Source: Saprolegnia diclina VS20 (Eukaryota). Taken from it: a DNA stretch of 64,000 nt. The notes under the pieces were generated by a model that saw only the letters and a program-made list of their open reading frames with translations, was not told the origin of the DNA and searched no databases. A program made the position numbers and the translations under genes. The stretch spans positions 576,970 through 640,969 of the forward strand of contig NW_008246075.1 of the NCBI RefSeq assembly GCF_000281045.1, written 5' to 3'. Within the stretch, counting starts at the first letter, position 1; each line of letters begins with the position of its first letter. Below, in pieces: positions 61,073-64,000 of this stretch.

Positions 61073-62306
61073 ATTTGTAATCATCGCTCATTTTTATATG
61101 CAAATGCAAACTACAATCTGTCGATAAAGATGTCAGCAAGACATTGTTGATACGACCGTACATGCAACGGCCGCATCCGTAGGAATCGCTGAATGCTATC
61201 GCTTCCGTAAAAAGTACTGGTTCAGTCACAATAAGATCCAACTTTTCAGCGGGATCAAAAATACTGCCGGCGTGGAGTGATGGGAAGCAGGTACTATCCA
61301 AAATATGGAAAATGTAGTGTAGTTGAAGGGTCAGACCATTGAAAAAAATATCATCGCGATAACGCGGATCTAGAACACGGACCAATGGAAATAAAAATCA
61401 TTCCCTTCACTGCTACATATGCAAATTACAATGTGTGTGTTGCTCACATTATGGGTGATAGTGTATATCTTGCCTTCATGGCTAGTTGGTACAAGCCTCA
61501 GAGAAGTGTTTTTGCATCATTGCAACACGATAACTAACTAGACGATGTCTGTAGATACTATCGAAGACTCAGTGGTGCAATATAGTGATTCCGGATTGCA
61601 GCATTTCCACAGATTAGAATTCAGTAGAGGGAGCTGTTTATCATCGTTGTCTTCGAATATCATACAATGATCAATACGAATGTAGGAGCGAGCTCCTCAA
61701 GACACTTGCCTTGAAAGACGCAAAATGCAGAATGAGAACTCCCCGCACCAAGATGGGCAGTCCGGATAATATTATTCTTCTTCGAATCGTATTTAATGAT
61801 GTATTCTAAAGCGTATACGTTGATCAAGCTATTGTTTAAATAGAAGCACGATTTTGAACGGACGCATTATATTTCTGAACGCTCGGCCCAAGGCAAAGTG
61901 GCTGCCACTCGTTTTTAAACGGCATCCGATTGGCCAAAATTCTACAAGTGCAAGTGGCGCTGCTCGAGCCTGCACGCCAGCGCCACGTACACATGCCCCC
62001 GCAAGGGTCGGCGTTCCTTTGGTCGGCAAGCGCGAGGCATTGTATTAGCTCATTTATCCTAGAGATAGTCAAGCTTATGGCTTGTGGTACCACCTCTTGG
62101 CAGAGCGCTATGCCATGGTGGTGCTCCAGCCAAATCGATGCCGCCACTTGCTCCCGCTCGTGTAGTGTGATGCCGTGTATTGCGGTATTGCTGCCAGTTG
62201 TCGCTACATATCGAGCTGCCGTGGGCAACGAGAGGGCCGACTGAGCAACAAACAGTGTGCTCTGTAGTATGGTCGTGTTCATAGCACGCGGATTGCTGCT
62301 TATTAT

Positions 62307-63104
62307 TTACTTGGTTTGGTTCTTGACGCCAAGGATGCGCTGGCGGATCTCGTCTTGGTTGCCCAAGTAGTAGCCGCTGAGGGGCGCAATCGCGTCCTTG
62401 TGCGGAATCGGCTTCAAGTTGTCGTCCAAGTGGTAGATGAGCGGGATGCCAGTCGGGATGTTGAGGTCTGTGATCTCGTCCTTGGAAATGTTGTCGAGCT
62501 CCATGACGAGCGCGCGCAAGCTGTTGCCGTGCGCCGCAATCACAACGTTCTTGCCCGCACGGATGCTCGGTTCGATCTCCTCGCGCCACGTGGGCATGAC
62601 ACGCTCGGCCGTCATCTTGAGCGACTCGCTCAGCGGCAAGTCCTTCGTGTCCAAGCCGCTGTAGCGACGGTCGTGGCCCGGGTAGTACTCGTTGTCCGTC
62701 GTGAGCTGCGGCGGCGGAATGTCGTAGCTGCGGCGCCACACAAGCACCTGCTCCTTCCCGTGTTTCTGGACTGTCTCGTTCTTGTCGAGGCCCGTGAGGA
62801 GACCGTAGTGACGTTCGTTGAGGCGCCAGCGGTGCTCGACCGGGATGTACATCTGGTTGCTCTCTTCGAGCACATGCCACAAGGTGCGGATCGCGCGCTT
62901 GAGGTACGACGTGTACGCGACGTCAAACGTCAGGTTGGCGTCCTTGATGAGCTGGCCCGCGGCCTTGGCCTCTTCGTGGCCCTTGGCACTGAGTGCCACG
63001 TCGTACCAGCCCGTGAACTTGTTGAGCTTGTTCCACTCACTCTCGCCGTGGCGGAGGAGCACGAGCGTGTGCTTGCTGCGGCGACCGGCGCGGACGAACT
63101 GCAT
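62307..63104 (-). CDS. gpmA: 2,3-bisphosphoglycerate-dependent phosphoglycerate mutase
   Basis: [31 protein letters not shown] and LNIPTGIP; intronless. An upstream in-frame ATG lies at 63149. Confidence 0.95.
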   Translation of the reverse strand: MQFVRAGRRSKHTLVLLRHGESEWNKLNKFTGWYDVALSAKGHEEAKAAGQLIKDANLTFDVAYTSYLKRAIRTLWHVLEESNQMYIPVEHRWRLNERHYGLLTGLDKNETVQKHGKEQVLVWRRSYDIPPPQLTTDNEYYPGHDRRYSGLDTKDLPLSESLKMTAERVMPTWREEIEPSIRAGKNVVIAAHGNSLRALVMELDNISKDEITDLNIPTGIPLIYHLDDNLKPIPHKDAIAPLSGYYLGNQDEIRQRILGVKNQTK

Positions 63105-63699
63105 CGTGGCTTCGATCTTTCGTTTCCCAAAATGACCAGTCACTCCCATTCCTTGCCTGAGCTGCCGGTTAAATCCACTGTATCCGTACTGGATTCATCG
63201 CGCCGGTTGCGGGCCGGAGCAGACAGCGTCGGTCGGGCGGTCGTGGACGCGGTGCCATGACGCACGACGTGTCGATGTACCCAGAGCCTCTCACAAGAAC
63301 AAGCTCCTCGCGCTCGGATGCTGCACCACGTTGTCCGTTGCCCGTAGCCACAAGATCGTTCGGTTAGCGGCTTCAAGAATCCAGCGGGAGCCAATCACAG
63401 CACACGTTGACGAGCTCCTCTGTTGGTGGTACCATGACGACGAGGGCGATCAGCAGAAATTGTTGTCGTAGAAATGGCGTGCGGCGCCAACAAGTTGTTC
63501 CGTGCGCAGGTCAACGTACCAAACGAAGCAAGTCGGACGACCTCTACCGCAGCGAGGCGCAGTCGCGACCGCACAGGGCAGAGTCTCTTTTGCATATATT
63601 GAAGCACAAGTTACGTAGTCGATATCTTGGGGGATGCATAGCAGACCGTCTACGAGACGGACACGGGCAGCGCGCTGAGAACGGTGCGGCTGTAGCCCT

Positions 63700-64000
63700 T
63701 GACCTGCAGGTCGAGTTTTTCAAAAGCCTAAGCGCCGTTCGTGTCATGAATCGCAGACTGTGGTCTTTGTTTGCCTCGTCCATCTCCTGCATGCGGCGCT
63801 TGAACGCGCTTTCCTCGCGCGACGCCTACGAGTTGTAAGATACTATTACGTTCCTTCGATAGGCGAGAGCACGGTACGTGGCGCTTGAGTTCTTGCGTCG
63901 CGTGGCTCGTGGTTTGGGTGTTGTGCTCGATCGAGCAAATTGTCTCGAGAAGGTCTTTGAGCTCGGTCGTCGCCGACGCCAAGGCCTAGTCAACATGAAG
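63700..64000 (-). CDS. Partial multi-exon hypothetical coiled-coil protein entering from beyond the window
   Basis: Helical exon-like segments ATTELKDLLETICSIE...QELKRH and SREESAFKRRMQEMDEAN are separated by a GT-AG intron. The 3' end is not resolved. Confidence 0.35.

Overview
GC-rich eukaryotic genomic DNA with short (~40-60 nt) GT-AG introns and one 568-nt assembly gap (41401-41968). The gene content and core-promoter motifs suggest an oomycete of the Saprolegniales; this is inference, not a database result. About 25 protein-coding genes can be supported: three tandem HSF-type transcription factors, DAW1/ODA16, TOM7, two RING proteins, a large helical-repeat protein, fused HisHF, a multi-pass membrane protein, a PG-repeat (STPG/ODF3-like) protein, UTP10, mitochondrial uL22, three tandem CRT-like transporters, a thioredoxin, a B9-domain protein, a PIMT, ERG24, NRDE2, a secreted bulb-type lectin, a poly-Q protein, a pseudokinase and a cofactor-dependent phosphoglycerate mutase. 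The most notable structures are a near-perfect 109-bp-arm inverted repeat (30549-30860) beside a degenerate Helitron-like relic, mosaic gene conversion and intron turnover among the CRT-like paralogues, interlocked stop codons of ERG24 and NRDE2, two unusual domain fusions (PIMT plus an Sld2/RECQL4-N-like motif; eIF3b-like RRM plus RING), a micro-exon N-terminal extension on the B9 gene, and an AT-rich duplicated island near 60.3-61.8 kb. No rRNA, tRNA or CRISPR array is supportable. Spliced gene models were read by eye and need RNA-seq confirmation.
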